The position numbers and the translations under genes were made by a program. DNA of 64,000 nt from Trueperaceae bacterium (GTDB lineage Bacteria > Deinococcota > Deinococci > Deinococcales > Trueperaceae): assembly GCA_965214405.1 (NCBI GenBank), contig OZ243956.1, positions 2,400,001 to 2,464,000 on the forward strand, read 5' to 3'. Numbering within the stretch: the first letter of the stretch is position 1; each line of letters opens with the position of its first letter. The notes beneath the pieces are model-generated. The model worked only from the letters and a program-made list of their open reading frames with translations. It made no database searches and was not told the origin of the DNA. This document shows, in pieces, positions 1 to 9,913 of this stretch.

Positions 1-230
1 CCGCCCGGCAAGCGCGCGCCAGGCGTCGGCTCGAGGTTTTTTGGGGGCGGGGCGGCGGAAGAACACAGGTTAGATTTGGCTCACGTTGCGCGGACGCTGC
101 CGTCAGCTTGGAAAGTGGTGAGTGATGAGTGAAAAGCGGTGAGTAAAGTCAAAAGCCCGTTCTCCCTTGCTCCCTCTCTCCTCTACTCATACTCAAAAAT
201 GGTGCGCTTATAAAATTCGCACGAGCGAGA

Positions 231-647
231 TCAGATGTTAAAGCCGAACATCCGCATCTGCTTTTTGCCGTCGTCCGACATTTTAGAGGGCGTCCAGGGG
301 GGCGACCAGACGAACTCGACGTTGACCTTTTTCACGCCGTCGACTTTCATACAGGCGAGTTCGGCGTCGGCCTGAATCATGTCCTGGACGGGACAACCCA
401 TGCTGGTCAGGGTCATCTCGATATCAACCTCGCCCCCACCTTTGACGGTGAGTTCGTAGATGAGACCCAAGTCGACGATGTTAACCGGGATTTCGGGGTC
501 CTTAACGACCTTGAGCGCTTCTAGAAGTTCCTCGCGGCTCGGTTGTGCAGTGGTATCCGCAGTAGTATCCATAGTGACATCCGCAGTGGCTTCCGCTTCG
601 TTTTCGGTTTTAGTTTCGGTTTGTGCTGTGTCCTGGGTCATGGTCAT
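231..647 (-). CDS. DUF59/MIP18 (SufT/PaaD-like) Fe-S cluster assembly protein
   Basis: DPEIPVNIVDLGLIY, MTLTSMGCP and WSPPWTP motifs typical of DUF59. Confidence 0.9.
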   Translation of the reverse strand: MTMTQDTAQTETKTENEAEATADVTMDTTADTTAQPSREELLEALKVVKDPEIPVNIVDLGLIYELTVKGGGEVDIEMTLTSMGCPVQDMIQADAELACMKVDGVKKVNVEFVWSPPWTPSKMSDDGKKQMRMFGFNI

Positions 648-742
648 CCTCTCAGGCTTGCTTACGTCTATCTAAACTACCAAACTTTAGAGGAGGACGC
701 CGTAATCTCTAGCGTTTACAGCTTTGGATTAACAACCCCGCT

Positions 743-1804
743 CTACCAGTCCGCGTACCTGTCTCTATGCACGACAAAGGCGATGGAGAGCGCGACGAGC
801 GTGGAAAGCAGACTCGTCCCACCGTAAGACACCAGCGGGAGCGTGATGCCCGTGACCGGGGCCAGCCCCAGCGTCACGCCGACGTTGACCACGACCTGAA
901 AGCCGATGAGAGACACCACCCCGACGATGAGCAGTTGGTCACGCTCTAGAGGGCACTCCACGGCCATCGCCACGAGCCGCCAAAAGAGCAGACCGTAAAG
1001 AACGAGCAGCCCCGCCGCCGCCACAAAGCCGCCCTCTTCGGCTAAGGGCGCGAGGATAAAGTCGGTCTGGCGGTAGGGGATGAAACCATATTGCGTCTGG
1101 GTACCCCTTTTGTAGCCCTTGCCCAACAGCCCGCCCGAGCCGATGGCGATGCGCGACTGAATCACCTGGTAGCCGCTCCCCTTGGGGTCGGCGGCAGGGT
1201 TCATAAACGAGGTTAAGCGCGTTTTCTGGTGGGGCTCGAGGTTGGGCCACACCACAGTGGGCACCGCGATAACAAACACGAGCAAAAAAAGCAGCAGGTG
1301 GAGCCGCGGGACGCCCCGCACCAGCAACACCCCCCCACCCACGGCGGCAATGACGAGCGCGCTCCCCAAATCCGGCTCGATAAACACAAGCCCGAAGGGC
1401 AAGCCCACGAGCAACGCGGACCATAGATAAGCGCTAAGGCCGCGCAAAGGACGCTCGTGCAACACAATCGCCAAACTCAAAATCACCGCGATTTTAGCCA
1501 GTTCGGAGGGCTGAAATCCGGGCAGCGGCCCCAAATAGAGCCACGATTTAGCGCCGTTCACTTCAGTGCCGAAAAACTGCGTTACAACGAGCAGGGAGAG
1601 CGAGAGAAGGTAAACTGGCCCCGCCGCCCGCACGATGCGCCGCCGCCCGAGCCAGAACACCGCGCCGCAGGCAAAGAGCGCGAAACCCAGAAAAGCTACC
1701 TGCCGGGTAAACTCGTTTGTGGGCGCGGCGGTCGAAAGCGTGAGGAGCCCCACGCCCACGAGCAGGGCAGTGACGACGGGTAAACCTATTTCGGACCGAA
1801 TCAC
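743..1804 (-). CDS. rodA: SEDS family rod shape-determining protein RodA
   Basis: Multi-TM; GAKSW, FQPSELAK, EPDLG, GYQVIQS-IAIGSGG, TDFI, PVTGITLPLVSYGGTS. Confidence 0.9.
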   Translation of the reverse strand: MIRSEIGLPVVTALLVGVGLLTLSTAAPTNEFTRQVAFLGFALFACGAVFWLGRRRIVRAAGPVYLLSLSLLVVTQFFGTEVNGAKSWLYLGPLPGFQPSELAKIAVILSLAIVLHERPLRGLSAYLWSALLVGLPFGLVFIEPDLGSALVIAAVGGGVLLVRGVPRLHLLLFLLVFVIAVPTVVWPNLEPHQKTRLTSFMNPAADPKGSGYQVIQSRIAIGSGGLLGKGYKRGTQTQYGFIPYRQTDFILAPLAEEGGFVAAAGLLVLYGLLFWRLVAMAVECPLERDQLLIVGVVSLIGFQVVVNVGVTLGLAPVTGITLPLVSYGGTSLLSTLVALSIAFVVHRDRYADW

Positions 1805-2001
1805 TTAGCGAACTCCTCTCAGTCGGCCTTTAGGCTACCAAGCCTGACGGCGCGGGTAATGAAATGCTTCACCTCGAGAGAACCCCAACGGCTCAGTCAA
1901 CGCACCCTTCCTTCACAGGTGAGTAGCAAAAATGAGCTCTTGACTCTTCTCTCCAGTAAACACTCATCACTAACCGCTTTCACAATGTGAAATAATGACC
2001 C

Positions 2002-2592
2002 ATGTCCCACCCCAACCGCACCGTCTGGCTTCTCCTCCTCACACTCCCCCTGCTCCTAGCCACACGCTACGCGGTCACGCTGACGCCAGAGAGCACGGTG
2101 ACGTACCAGGCTATGGATTCGCGGGACAGTTGGACAGGGCAGGCACCGGTTGAGAGTCTAAACCTTATATTTGACGACGCGAACCTGCGAAATTCGGCGC
2201 TCGAGATTTCTGTCAACCCCGGAAAGTTTGATTCCGGCAACTTTATAAGAGACGCCAACGCGCGGCGCGCCGTGTTCGAGACCAGCGCGTACCCAGAGAT
2301 TTCTTTTGTGGCGACGGGACTGCGCACCAATCCCATCACCCTCCCTGCGACCCTGCCAGTAGGCACCACGCGCACTATAGTCTTAGCGGGCACCCTGACC
2401 ATGCACGGCGTGTCGCGGCCCCTCGAGCTGCCCGTAAGCGTCGAGCGAACCGGGGGGAGTCTTCGCGCGACAGGCTCCTTCAAGGTGCGCTTGAGCGACT
2501 ATGACATGACGCGCCCCGACCTGTTTGGTATCAAGGTCAACGACGAGGTCAGCATTTCCTTTGATGTGGTGGGCGCGCTCGAGACGCCCTAA
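2002..2592 (+). CDS. YceI family lipid/polyisoprenoid-binding protein
   Basis: Signal peptide, SGNFIRD, YPEISF, GTLTMHGVSRP motifs. Confidence 0.85.
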   Translation: MSHPNRTVWLLLLTLPLLLATRYAVTLTPESTVTYQAMDSRDSWTGQAPVESLNLIFDDANLRNSALEISVNPGKFDSGNFIRDANARRAVFETSAYPEISFVATGLRTNPITLPATLPVGTTRTIVLAGTLTMHGVSRPLELPVSVERTGGSLRATGSFKVRLSDYDMTRPDLFGIKVNDEVSISFDVVGALETP

Positions 2593-4487
2593 ACTCGCGC
2601 CCGCCCCCGCGTTCCCCGCGCCCACACCACCCACTCGGCCACCAAAAAGAGGAGCGCGGCGAGCACGAGCCAGAACGCCAGTCCCCGCTGCCGCCTGCTG
2701 GTTGTGGCCCCCGCCGGGTTCGCTGACGTGGTCGCGTCCACCGCCGCCGTCGCCCCGGTGGGCAGCCGCGACTCCTCGGCGCTTAAGAGGCTCGAGGTGT
2801 AGGTTCTTTCATTTGCGCCGTCGCCCACCGTGTACACACCCGGCACCACCGCGCGGCGCAACCCGGTGGGCTGACCGTTGAGCGTCACCGTTCCTTCGGG
2901 AAGGGGGCTGCCGAGGGTGAGGTTGTCATCACCGCGAAAGGCGTCCATAACGTTGGCGACGAGGATGGGAAAGGCGGGGCGGCTCGTCATGTCGGTCTGG
3001 GAGGGATGAAAGCGGGCGACGACGACGTCTAGGTTGGGTTGCTCGAGCCGCAATATGGCGGGCTCGAGCGCGTCCGTTTGCGCCAGCACCTCCCAGGCAC
3101 CCTCGGGCCAGGCATTTGCAGACGTATTTGCAGACGTATTTGCAGACGCATTTATGGATGTATTTTCAGACGGTGCGCCTCCCGATTCACCGCCCCCGCT
3201 GCCCCCGTTAGGGTCGGGTGGGGCCATATCCGGATTCAGACCCACCTGCGTCTCGGTCAGGTCCACGAAACGGAAGAGCGGGTCGCCGCGGTTCCAGTCC
3301 CGAATCGTCCCGTAGACGGCGTCCGGGCTGGGCGGCGCGAACACCAAGTAGCGGCCTGAGGCTGTGCCCGCCGCCACCACCGCGGCGAATCCCGCCGGGA
3401 AGCCGCTCGTCAGCACCTCCACGTCGGCGTTTCCGGGCGAGGGCGCGGAGGAAACGCGCCAGTTCAGCCCCGGCACCACGCCCAGCGCGCGCTCGACGGG
3501 CGGCGAGGGCGGGCTCAGCACCGCCCGGAGCGCGCGGGAACCTACGTAGGCGTCATCGTCGAGGGCAAGCGCGTCTGAGGGCGGGACGTTGATGTGCGCG
3601 TGATAAACATCATCCCTGGGCGTGGCGCTCGAGCCCGTGTCCACCGGAAAGGCGGCGTTGGCCTGACCCTCACGGGGCACGAGCAGCGTCGTCCGCATCG
3701 CGGGGGCGTCTCCCCTGGCGACCTCGAGTTCCACTTCCTGCGGACGCGGCGCGTTGCTCACGACCGAGACAAAGGCCTGCCCGCCCCGCAGGTCAAAGGC
3801 GCTGATGCCCAGGTTCTGCGCGCCGCTCGCGGTGGCTCCCGCCGTGTTTCCCAGACTATCTCCCACGCCGTGAAGCGTCACCCCCTGCCCTGTTGAGTTG
3901 GCCGTCGCAATCTGCGACTCGAGATGAGGCGGCACATCGTCGGTAAAAAGATGCACCTCAGCGCCCGGCGCGACCGCGCGGGCGAGCGCGACGGCGCGGG
4001 AGAGGTCGGCGGAGGCGTCGGCGGCCTCTATAACGCCTAACGCCTCGCGCAGTGCGCCCCGGTCTTCGGTCAGCGGAAGTGCCACCGTCGCGCCGAGTCC
4101 GGCCCGCACCACCGCCACCCGGCCCGACGTGCCAAGGAGCGCGTCGGCTTCGCCTAAGGCCTCCTCGAGCCTCGTCCCGCCACCCTCCCGCGCTGCCATA
4201 CTCGCCGACGCGTCGATGACAAACACCCGGTCGGGCGCGCTCCGCAGCGTTAGGGCGGGTTGCGCGAGCGCGAGCGCCGCGAGCGTCACAAAAACGAGCT
4301 GCAACAAGAGCAGCAGCGTGGGCGAAAAGCGCCGCCGCCGCTGCGCCAGCTCCTGCGCCCGCCGCCAAAGGAAGAGCGCCGACACCTCATAGCGTTTTTT
4401 ACGCGCGCGCACGAAGTGAAGCGCAACCACCAGCGGGAGCGCCGCTAACGCCCACAAAAACTGGGGGGCCAGAAAGCTTAGTGACAT
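2589..4487 (-). CDS. BatA N-terminal + vWA domain membrane protein (MoxR-associated type)
   Basis: N-terminal FLAP..LW..LP..LH and LALAQP, MIDAS-like DASASM, C-terminal TM ending AEW. Confidence 0.8.
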   Translation of the reverse strand: MSLSFLAPQFLWALAALPLVVALHFVRARKKRYEVSALFLWRRAQELAQRRRRFSPTLLLLLQLVFVTLAALALAQPALTLRSAPDRVFVIDASASMAAREGGGTRLEEALGEADALLGTSGRVAVVRAGLGATVALPLTEDRGALREALGVIEAADASADLSRAVALARAVAPGAEVHLFTDDVPPHLESQIATANSTGQGVTLHGVGDSLGNTAGATASGAQNLGISAFDLRGGQAFVSVVSNAPRPQEVELEVARGDAPAMRTTLLVPREGQANAAFPVDTGSSATPRDDVYHAHINVPPSDALALDDDAYVGSRALRAVLSPPSPPVERALGVVPGLNWRVSSAPSPGNADVEVLTSGFPAGFAAVVAAGTASGRYLVFAPPSPDAVYGTIRDWNRGDPLFRFVDLTETQVGLNPDMAPPDPNGGSGGGESGGAPSENTSINASANTSANTSANAWPEGAWEVLAQTDALEPAILRLEQPNLDVVVARFHPSQTDMTSRPAFPILVANVMDAFRGDDNLTLGSPLPEGTVTLNGQPTGLRRAVVPGVYTVGDGANERTYTSSLLSAEESRLPTGATAAVDATTSANPAGATTSRRQRGLAFWLVLAALLFLVAEWVVWARGTRGRARV

Positions 4488-4740
4488 GGCAACCGCCTCA
4501 GCGTCATCCCGACCGTTTCAGCAGTTGTCCCACTCGTCGTCTCACTCGGCGTCTCACTTGTCTCACTACGGTTCCAAAAACAGCCCTTCCAAGATCTGCC
4601 GCCTTCACGTTCGCGCGTTATTGCCATTGTTTTCACCTTCCCATGATACCGCGAACCTCCGCTTCTCCCCTAAACTACAGGACGGGGCCGCAAAACCCGA
4701 TATAAGAAAGTTGTCTAAACTCACGACTTGGAGGTTTCTC

Positions 4741-5307
4741 GTGAAAACGTATCCCGACGTGCTCCCCATCGGTGCGCCCGCGCCGGACTTCGCGCTGCCC
4801 GGTGTGGACGGCGTGACGCACCGCCTTGCTGATATTGACGCGTCTGTTTTCGTTTACGTTCAAGGCTGCAACCACTGCCCTTACGTGCTCGCCTACTTAG
4901 ACCGCCTCAAAGCGCTCGCTGACGAATACGCCGATAAGGGTGTGGCGTTCGTCATGGTTAATTCGAATGACGCCGAGCGCTATCCTGACGACGACTTCGG
5001 GGGCATGAAAAGGTTTGCCGCCGAGCACGCGCTGCCCTTCCCCTACCTCTGGGACGCGTCGCAGGAGGTCGCCAGGGCCTACCGCACCCTCCGCACGCCC
5101 GAGGTTCTGGTGTTTGACGAGGCGCGCAGGCTCGCCTATCACGGGCGCATCGACGACAACGTTAAAGAACCGGAGGCGGTCACGACGCACGAACTTAAAA
5201 GTGCGTTGGAGGCGCTGCTTACCGGTAAAGAAGTCGTGGAGCCCGAAACTTACGCCGTCGGCTGCACCGTCAAGTGGAAGCCGGGCAACGAGCCGGTTGT
5301 CGGGTAA
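4741..5307 (+). CDS. Thioredoxin-fold AhpC/TSA family protein
   Basis: GTG start after GGAGG; APDFALP, CNHCPYV, SNDA..YPDD, YHGRIDD, GCTVKWK. The ORF-track extension to 4486 is not supported. Confidence 0.88.
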   Translation: MKTYPDVLPIGAPAPDFALPGVDGVTHRLADIDASVFVYVQGCNHCPYVLAYLDRLKALADEYADKGVAFVMVNSNDAERYPDDDFGGMKRFAAEHALPFPYLWDASQEVARAYRTLRTPEVLVFDEARRLAYHGRIDDNVKEPEAVTTHELKSALEALLTGKEVVEPETYAVGCTVKWKPGNEPVVG

Positions 5308-5512
5308 ACGCGCGCTAAGGGCGCGTAGAAACAAGAGTCAAGCAAAATCAACCTGGCCTATGCGCTGCTCTTGAGGCGGAGATACGAAGAGAAGAGACGC
5401 GCATAAGGGCTTCTGATGGCACTCATCACCCTTCACTCGGCACTCGGCACTTTCCGAGCTAAGCTGTTACTGTGCGACACAAAAAGTTAACAGAAAATCA
5501 GAGGAGATTCCT

Positions 5513-5752
5513 ATGGCAGAACCATCCGACAAATCAGAAAAGGTCCCCGGCGAGGTCCGCTCGCCCATCCAGGTGGTCGTGCGCGTCGTGCTCGCCGTCC
5601 TCATGGTCGTCATTTTGGTGGGCGTGGCGTGGGCGCTGGTGCGCCTTGTGAGCCGCAACGCGGCGGGTCCCGACGCCTCCACCCTGACGTCGTCTTATTT
5701 AGCACCCGTTGATGCCTTTAACACCAGCGTCACTTTAGAAAAAAGCGTATGA
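5513..5752 (+). CDS. Small single-TM membrane protein
   Basis: GAGGAG RBS, one hydrophobic segment, ATGA overlap with next gene. Confidence 0.6.
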   Translation: MAEPSDKSEKVPGEVRSPIQVVVRVVLAVLMVVILVGVAWALVRLVSRNAAGPDASTLTSSYLAPVDAFNTSVTLEKSV

Positions 5753-6228
5753 ACGACGCCACGCTGCGCGCCGCGCTCGTTTCGCTCTTGCGGGGCGGCG
5801 TGGCGCACCTCACGCTGGACGGGGCGCTGGAGGGTTTAGAGCCCACCCTGCGCGCCAAACGCCCCCCCGGCCTCCACTCGGTCTGGGAACTTGTGGAGCA
5901 CATGCGTATCGATCAAGAAGACCTCTTGCGTTACGCCGTGGACCCTACCTGGACGCCGCCCCCCTGGCCCGAAGGTTACTGGCCGGATGTCTCAGCTTTA
6001 TCAGATTTGACGGACGCCGTGTGGGAGGAGACGGTAGGGAGGTTCAAGAGAGACTTGGCGGAGGCGGTCGCGCTCGCCGGGGATACAAGCCGCGACCTCA
6101 CCGCGCCACTTCCTCAAAATGAAGCGCACACGCCCCTCCGACAGCTTCTTTTGATAGTTGACCATAACGCGTATCACCTGGGGCAAACCGTGTGTACGCG
6201 CCGCGCGCTCGGCGATTGGGCGGACTAG
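5749..6228 (+). CDS. DinB family protein
   Basis: HSVWELVEH, WPEGYWP, DHNAYHLGQ. Confidence 0.88.
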   Translation: MNDATLRAALVSLLRGGVAHLTLDGALEGLEPTLRAKRPPGLHSVWELVEHMRIDQEDLLRYAVDPTWTPPPWPEGYWPDVSALSDLTDAVWEETVGRFKRDLAEAVALAGDTSRDLTAPLPQNEAHTPLRQLLLIVDHNAYHLGQTVCTRRALGDWAD

Positions 6229-6327
6229 CGCTCGGTGCCGAACCCCTATAAAATTCTCAACACCCATCCCTCAGACCGAAACGTATGATGGGTGCAACTC
6301 AGTGAATGGGGGTGATAAAACAGGACG

Positions 6328-6546
6328 ATGACAACAGACGCAGAGCAAAGGGTAGAAGAACTGGACGCCATCATCAAGAGCATTGTTGCGGAGATAAAGC
6401 AGGAGCTAGGGACGAAAGCGAGCATGAACGAAATAGAAGCGGCCTTGCTAAAGCGACAAAGTAGCCTGATGAGTCGCCTGATGCAGCACCTGGTTGAGAG
6501 CCAGGATTTTCCCCCCTCTGATGAACAAAAGCGAGGGTTGGCATAA
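6328..6546 (+). CDS. IS OrfA (N-terminal part of split transposase)
   Basis: Inside the IS, overlaps OrfB at a TTTTCCCCCC run (6507-6516). Confidence 0.65.
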   Translation: MTTDAEQRVEELDAIIKSIVAEIKQELGTKASMNEIEAALLKRQSSLMSRLMQHLVESQDFPPSDEQKRGLA

Positions 6547-7606
6547 AGACGGACGGGGCGAGCTTGAGGTCAAGCACTTCTGGGGGAGCGTGCGCGTACC
6601 CAGTCAAAGGTACGAACACAAAGACGGCAGACATTGCCAAGTCGCCCTGGACCCAAACTTAGACGGCAGTGGTTGGACAGCGGGCGCATTGAACGTGATG
6701 ATGCGTTTGAGTAGCGCTTTATCGTATGAAAAAGCGGTAGAAGTCAGCCGTGACTTTGAGATGTTGCCGGGCATGAGTCGCGCGGGCTTGGAGCGCTTGA
6801 CCCAACCTTACGCCAGCGCTTGTCAGGCGCAAACGCGCGAGCTGCTGGACACGGCCAAAGATGCAGCGTTGCTAGCAGGACGAGGGCGGAAAGTGGTGAT
6901 TGAAGTTGACGGGGTGCGGGTGCTCGAAAAAGCTCAGGACGGGGTTTGTGGCGGCATCGAGATCAAGAGCGCGGTGATCCACCCGGTGTCTGCACCTCAG
7001 CAACGCAGCCTGTTAGCCGATGTGTGTGAGGCGACAGCGTTTACCGACCAAGTAGCGGGGCTGATGCGTGAAGCAGGCCTGAGACAAGATGATGAAGTCG
7101 TCGGCCTGAGCGATGGCGCGAGTTGGATCAAAAACCTTTACGAGCATCTGGGTATCCCACACATCATCGACGTTTACCACAGCAGTGCTTACCTTGACAC
7201 CCTTATGGAAGCTCTCGGCTGGGATGAGCGCGAACGTAGCCAAACAAGACGCTCTTGGCTTAGCGGCGAGATTGCTGCTGCGGATTGGTTACAAACGCAT
7301 CGTCCTGACCCTGCTGTTTGGCTGAGCTGGGATGACACATCACAAACGGCTTTACGCTATCTTCAAGAACGTCAACACCATATGGATTACCCCAGTTATA
7401 AAAATTGTGGCTTACCCATTGGCTCTGGTCAAGTCGAGGGCGTCAACAAGAGCGTCATCGGCTTCCGCATGAAACAGTCGGGGATGCAGTGGTCGCGTCC
7501 TGGCGCAGGTCGCATGGCTTCTTTTAGAGCTAGGCGTTGTTCCAAGCAGCCGCTCGTCTCCCATGACACCATAAGGCACCACGCCTTTTCTTCCCCCACT
7601 ACGTGA
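6494..7606 (+). CDS. IS OrfB, DDE transposase (ISKra4/ISLre2-type)
   Basis: EVDG, SDGASWI, IDVYH, PIGSGQVEG..K...RMKQSGMQW motifs. Confidence 0.88.
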   Translation: MRARIFPPLMNKSEGWHKDGRGELEVKHFWGSVRVPSQRYEHKDGRHCQVALDPNLDGSGWTAGALNVMMRLSSALSYEKAVEVSRDFEMLPGMSRAGLERLTQPYASACQAQTRELLDTAKDAALLAGRGRKVVIEVDGVRVLEKAQDGVCGGIEIKSAVIHPVSAPQQRSLLADVCEATAFTDQVAGLMREAGLRQDDEVVGLSDGASWIKNLYEHLGIPHIIDVYHSSAYLDTLMEALGWDERERSQTRRSWLSGEIAAADWLQTHRPDPAVWLSWDDTSQTALRYLQERQHHMDYPSYKNCGLPIGSGQVEGVNKSVIGFRMKQSGMQWSRPGAGRMASFRARRCSKQPLVSHDTIRHHAFSSPTT

Positions 7607-7768
7607 GTTGCACCCACGTATGATGGGGGGCTTGCAAGTTAGTTTCTTTCCGGTTACTATAGACTCTGTCCTCGAGGGTTGCATCTCCGCACCCCGCTGC
7701 CCCCCCGGCGGAGATCCTCTCAGGACATTTTTATTTCCTAAAAGTTCAACCTCTACTTTTATCTTATG

Positions 7769-9463
7769 CTAGACCTGAAACACCCCTATCTTGAACTTGT
7801 CCGTGTGCGGATTTTGCGCGCAGGCCTCGAGCGCCCGGATGAGCCTATCGCGCGTTTCTAGGGGCAAGATGATCTCGTCCACCCAGAGCCGCGCGGCGGC
7901 GTAGCGGATGTCCAACGCCGCGTCGTAGCCCGCGCGGATTTGTTCGTAGAGCGCCGCCAACTCCTCGTCGTCGGGTTCTTGGCCCGCCCGCTTGAGTTGC
8001 GCCGCTTGGATGTCGAGAATCGTCTTGGCGGCTTGTTGCCCGCCCATCACGCTGTACTTGGCGCTCGGCCAGGCGAAAATAAAGCGGGGCGCGTAGGCTT
8101 TGCCGCTCATCGCGTAGTGGCCCGCCCCGTAGGAGCCGCCCAGGATGACGCTTAAACGCGGCACCACGCTGTTCGACACCGCGTTGACCATCTTCGCGCC
8201 CCGCCGGATGATGCCGCCGTGCTCGCTCTCACGCCCGACCATAAAACCGTTCACGTCGTGCAGGAAGATTAAAGGCACGCCCGCCTGATTGCAGTTGAGG
8301 ATGAAGCGCGCCGCCTTGTCCGCCGCGTCCCCGTAGATGACGCCGCCCACCTCGAGCCTACCCCTCGCCTTGACCGCCGTTTTTTGGTTCGCAACGATGC
8401 CCACGGGAAAACCGCCCAGGTGCGCGGTGCCGCACACGATGGTTTTGCCGAATTTAGCCTTGTACTCGTCAAAGCGCGAGCCGTCCACGAGGCGACCTAT
8501 CACCTCGCGCATCTCGTACGGGCGGCTGCCGCCCTCGGGCGGCACGATGCCGAGCAGGTCCTGGGGCTCAAGCGCGGGCTCCTCCACCTCCCGGCGTCCC
8601 CGCGCCCACGGCGCGAGCGTCGCCGGGGCGTACACCGCCGCAAGGTTGCGGATGCGTTGCAGCGCGTGTGGGTCGTCGGGTTCAAGGTAATCCACCGTCC
8701 CCGCGATCTCGGCGTGCATGGCCGCGCCGCCCAAGTCTTCCGAACTCACCTCCTGCCCGATGGCCGCCTTGACCAAAGCCGGACCCGCCAGGTAGAGCCC
8801 CGAGCCCTCGGTCATGATGAGCGCGTCGCACATGACCGGCAGATACGCCCCCCCCGCCACGCAGTTGCCCATGATGGCGGCGATCTGCGGGATGCCCAAG
8901 GCGCTCATCCGAGCGTTGAGATAGAAAACACGCCCGAAGTCGTCCTGGTCGGGAAAAATTTCATCCTGCATGGGCAGATAAACGCCCGCCGAGTCTACTA
9001 AATAGATAGTCGGGAGACGGTTCTCGAGCGCCACCGTCTGCGCCCGGATCACCTTCTTTGCGGTAATGGGAAAAAACGCCCCCGCCTTGACGGTCGCGTC
9101 GTTGGCGACGATCAGCCAGTCGCGCCCCGCCACCTTACCGACGCCCGTCACCACCCCGCCCGAGGGCGCGCCGCCCGCCTCCTCGTAAAGCCCGTAGCCC
9201 GCGAAGGTCATAAGCTCGTCAAAGGGACTCCCCGCGTCGAGGAGCGCCGCAACGCGTTCGCGCGCGCTCAGGCGGTTTTTGTCGTGCTGCCGCGCCAAAG
9301 CTCGAGCGCCGCCGCCCTCGGCAACCTGGGCTTTATCTCGTTTTAGCGCCCTCTCGAGCTCCACCCACGCTTTTTTATGGGCGTGAAAAGGGGCCGTGCG
9401 CCTCTCTTCTAGAGAGAGGTGACTCTCGAGCAGGTTCATCGTCTCGGGCGGCGCTTTTTTCAT
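7769..9463 (-). CDS. Acyl-CoA carboxylase beta subunit (methylcrotonyl-CoA carboxylase-like)
   Basis: ANDATVKAG, LVDSAG, GNCVAGGAY, DVNGFMVG, GSYGAGHYAMSG; alternative start 9439. Confidence 0.92.
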   Translation of the reverse strand: MKKAPPETMNLLESHLSLEERRTAPFHAHKKAWVELERALKRDKAQVAEGGGARALARQHDKNRLSARERVAALLDAGSPFDELMTFAGYGLYEEAGGAPSGGVVTGVGKVAGRDWLIVANDATVKAGAFFPITAKKVIRAQTVALENRLPTIYLVDSAGVYLPMQDEIFPDQDDFGRVFYLNARMSALGIPQIAAIMGNCVAGGAYLPVMCDALIMTEGSGLYLAGPALVKAAIGQEVSSEDLGGAAMHAEIAGTVDYLEPDDPHALQRIRNLAAVYAPATLAPWARGRREVEEPALEPQDLLGIVPPEGGSRPYEMREVIGRLVDGSRFDEYKAKFGKTIVCGTAHLGGFPVGIVANQKTAVKARGRLEVGGVIYGDAADKAARFILNCNQAGVPLIFLHDVNGFMVGRESEHGGIIRRGAKMVNAVSNSVVPRLSVILGGSYGAGHYAMSGKAYAPRFIFAWPSAKYSVMGGQQAAKTILDIQAAQLKRAGQEPDDEELAALYEQIRAGYDAALDIRYAAARLWVDEIILPLETRDRLIRALEACAQNPHTDKFKIGVFQV

Positions 9464-9710
9464 GCGCGCCGCGCTCTCGTGCGCTCGGCATTTTCTATGA
9501 CGTCCTCGAGAGTACACCCACTCAAACCCAGCATTAAAACGACGCTCGCAAACTTCACCGTTCCGTCACATCGCAAGGCATATCGCGCCACGTATTCTCC
9601 CCCGTCATTCCTCGTTCCCACTGCCATTCACACACCTCCAGCAACGTCTAAACCATTTGCAGAGCCGCTCGAGCTCTCCCTAAACTTCAGAAAAGTTTAC
9701 AACGCGCGCC

Positions 9711-9913
9711 TGTGGATATCTCGCGTCCCTGTGGATAACTTTTGGCTATTGACAAAGGGCTGACGAATTTGTTAGAGCGCCTTTGATCGTCCTTCAGGCG
9801 AGAAAACGCGTCCTACACGCGTTTTTTCCAGGATAGCATCGATTTTTACGTCACCGTGCGCACTTCTGGACTTATCCACAGGCTTGTGGATAACTGTGGA
9901 TAACTGTGGATGA
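9711..9913. promoter_or_regulatory. Cluster of six DnaA-box-like 9-mers
   Basis: Perfect TTATCCACA/TGTGGATAA at 9730, 9872, 9885, 9895; one-mismatch copies at 9711 and 9905. Confidence 0.75.

Larger units (their letters stand above)
6290..7615 (+). mobile_element. ISKra4/ISLre2-like insertion sequence, 1326 bp
   Basis: 12-bp terminal IRs GGGTGCAACTCA (6290-6301 / 7604-7615); 9-bp target duplication ACGTATGAT (6281-6289 / 7616-7624). Confidence 0.9.

Noticed and set aside
3114..3153. 12-bp tandem repeat
   Set aside because: Low-complexity linker (SANT repeats) inside the vWA protein
7667..7727. Long imperfect inverted repeat as a novel RNA
   Set aside because: Single copy between convergent genes; most simply a terminator or REP-like stem
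9711..9913. Chromosomal oriC
   Set aside because: No dnaA/dnaN nearby and no clear AT-rich unwinding element; kept only as a DnaA-box cluster
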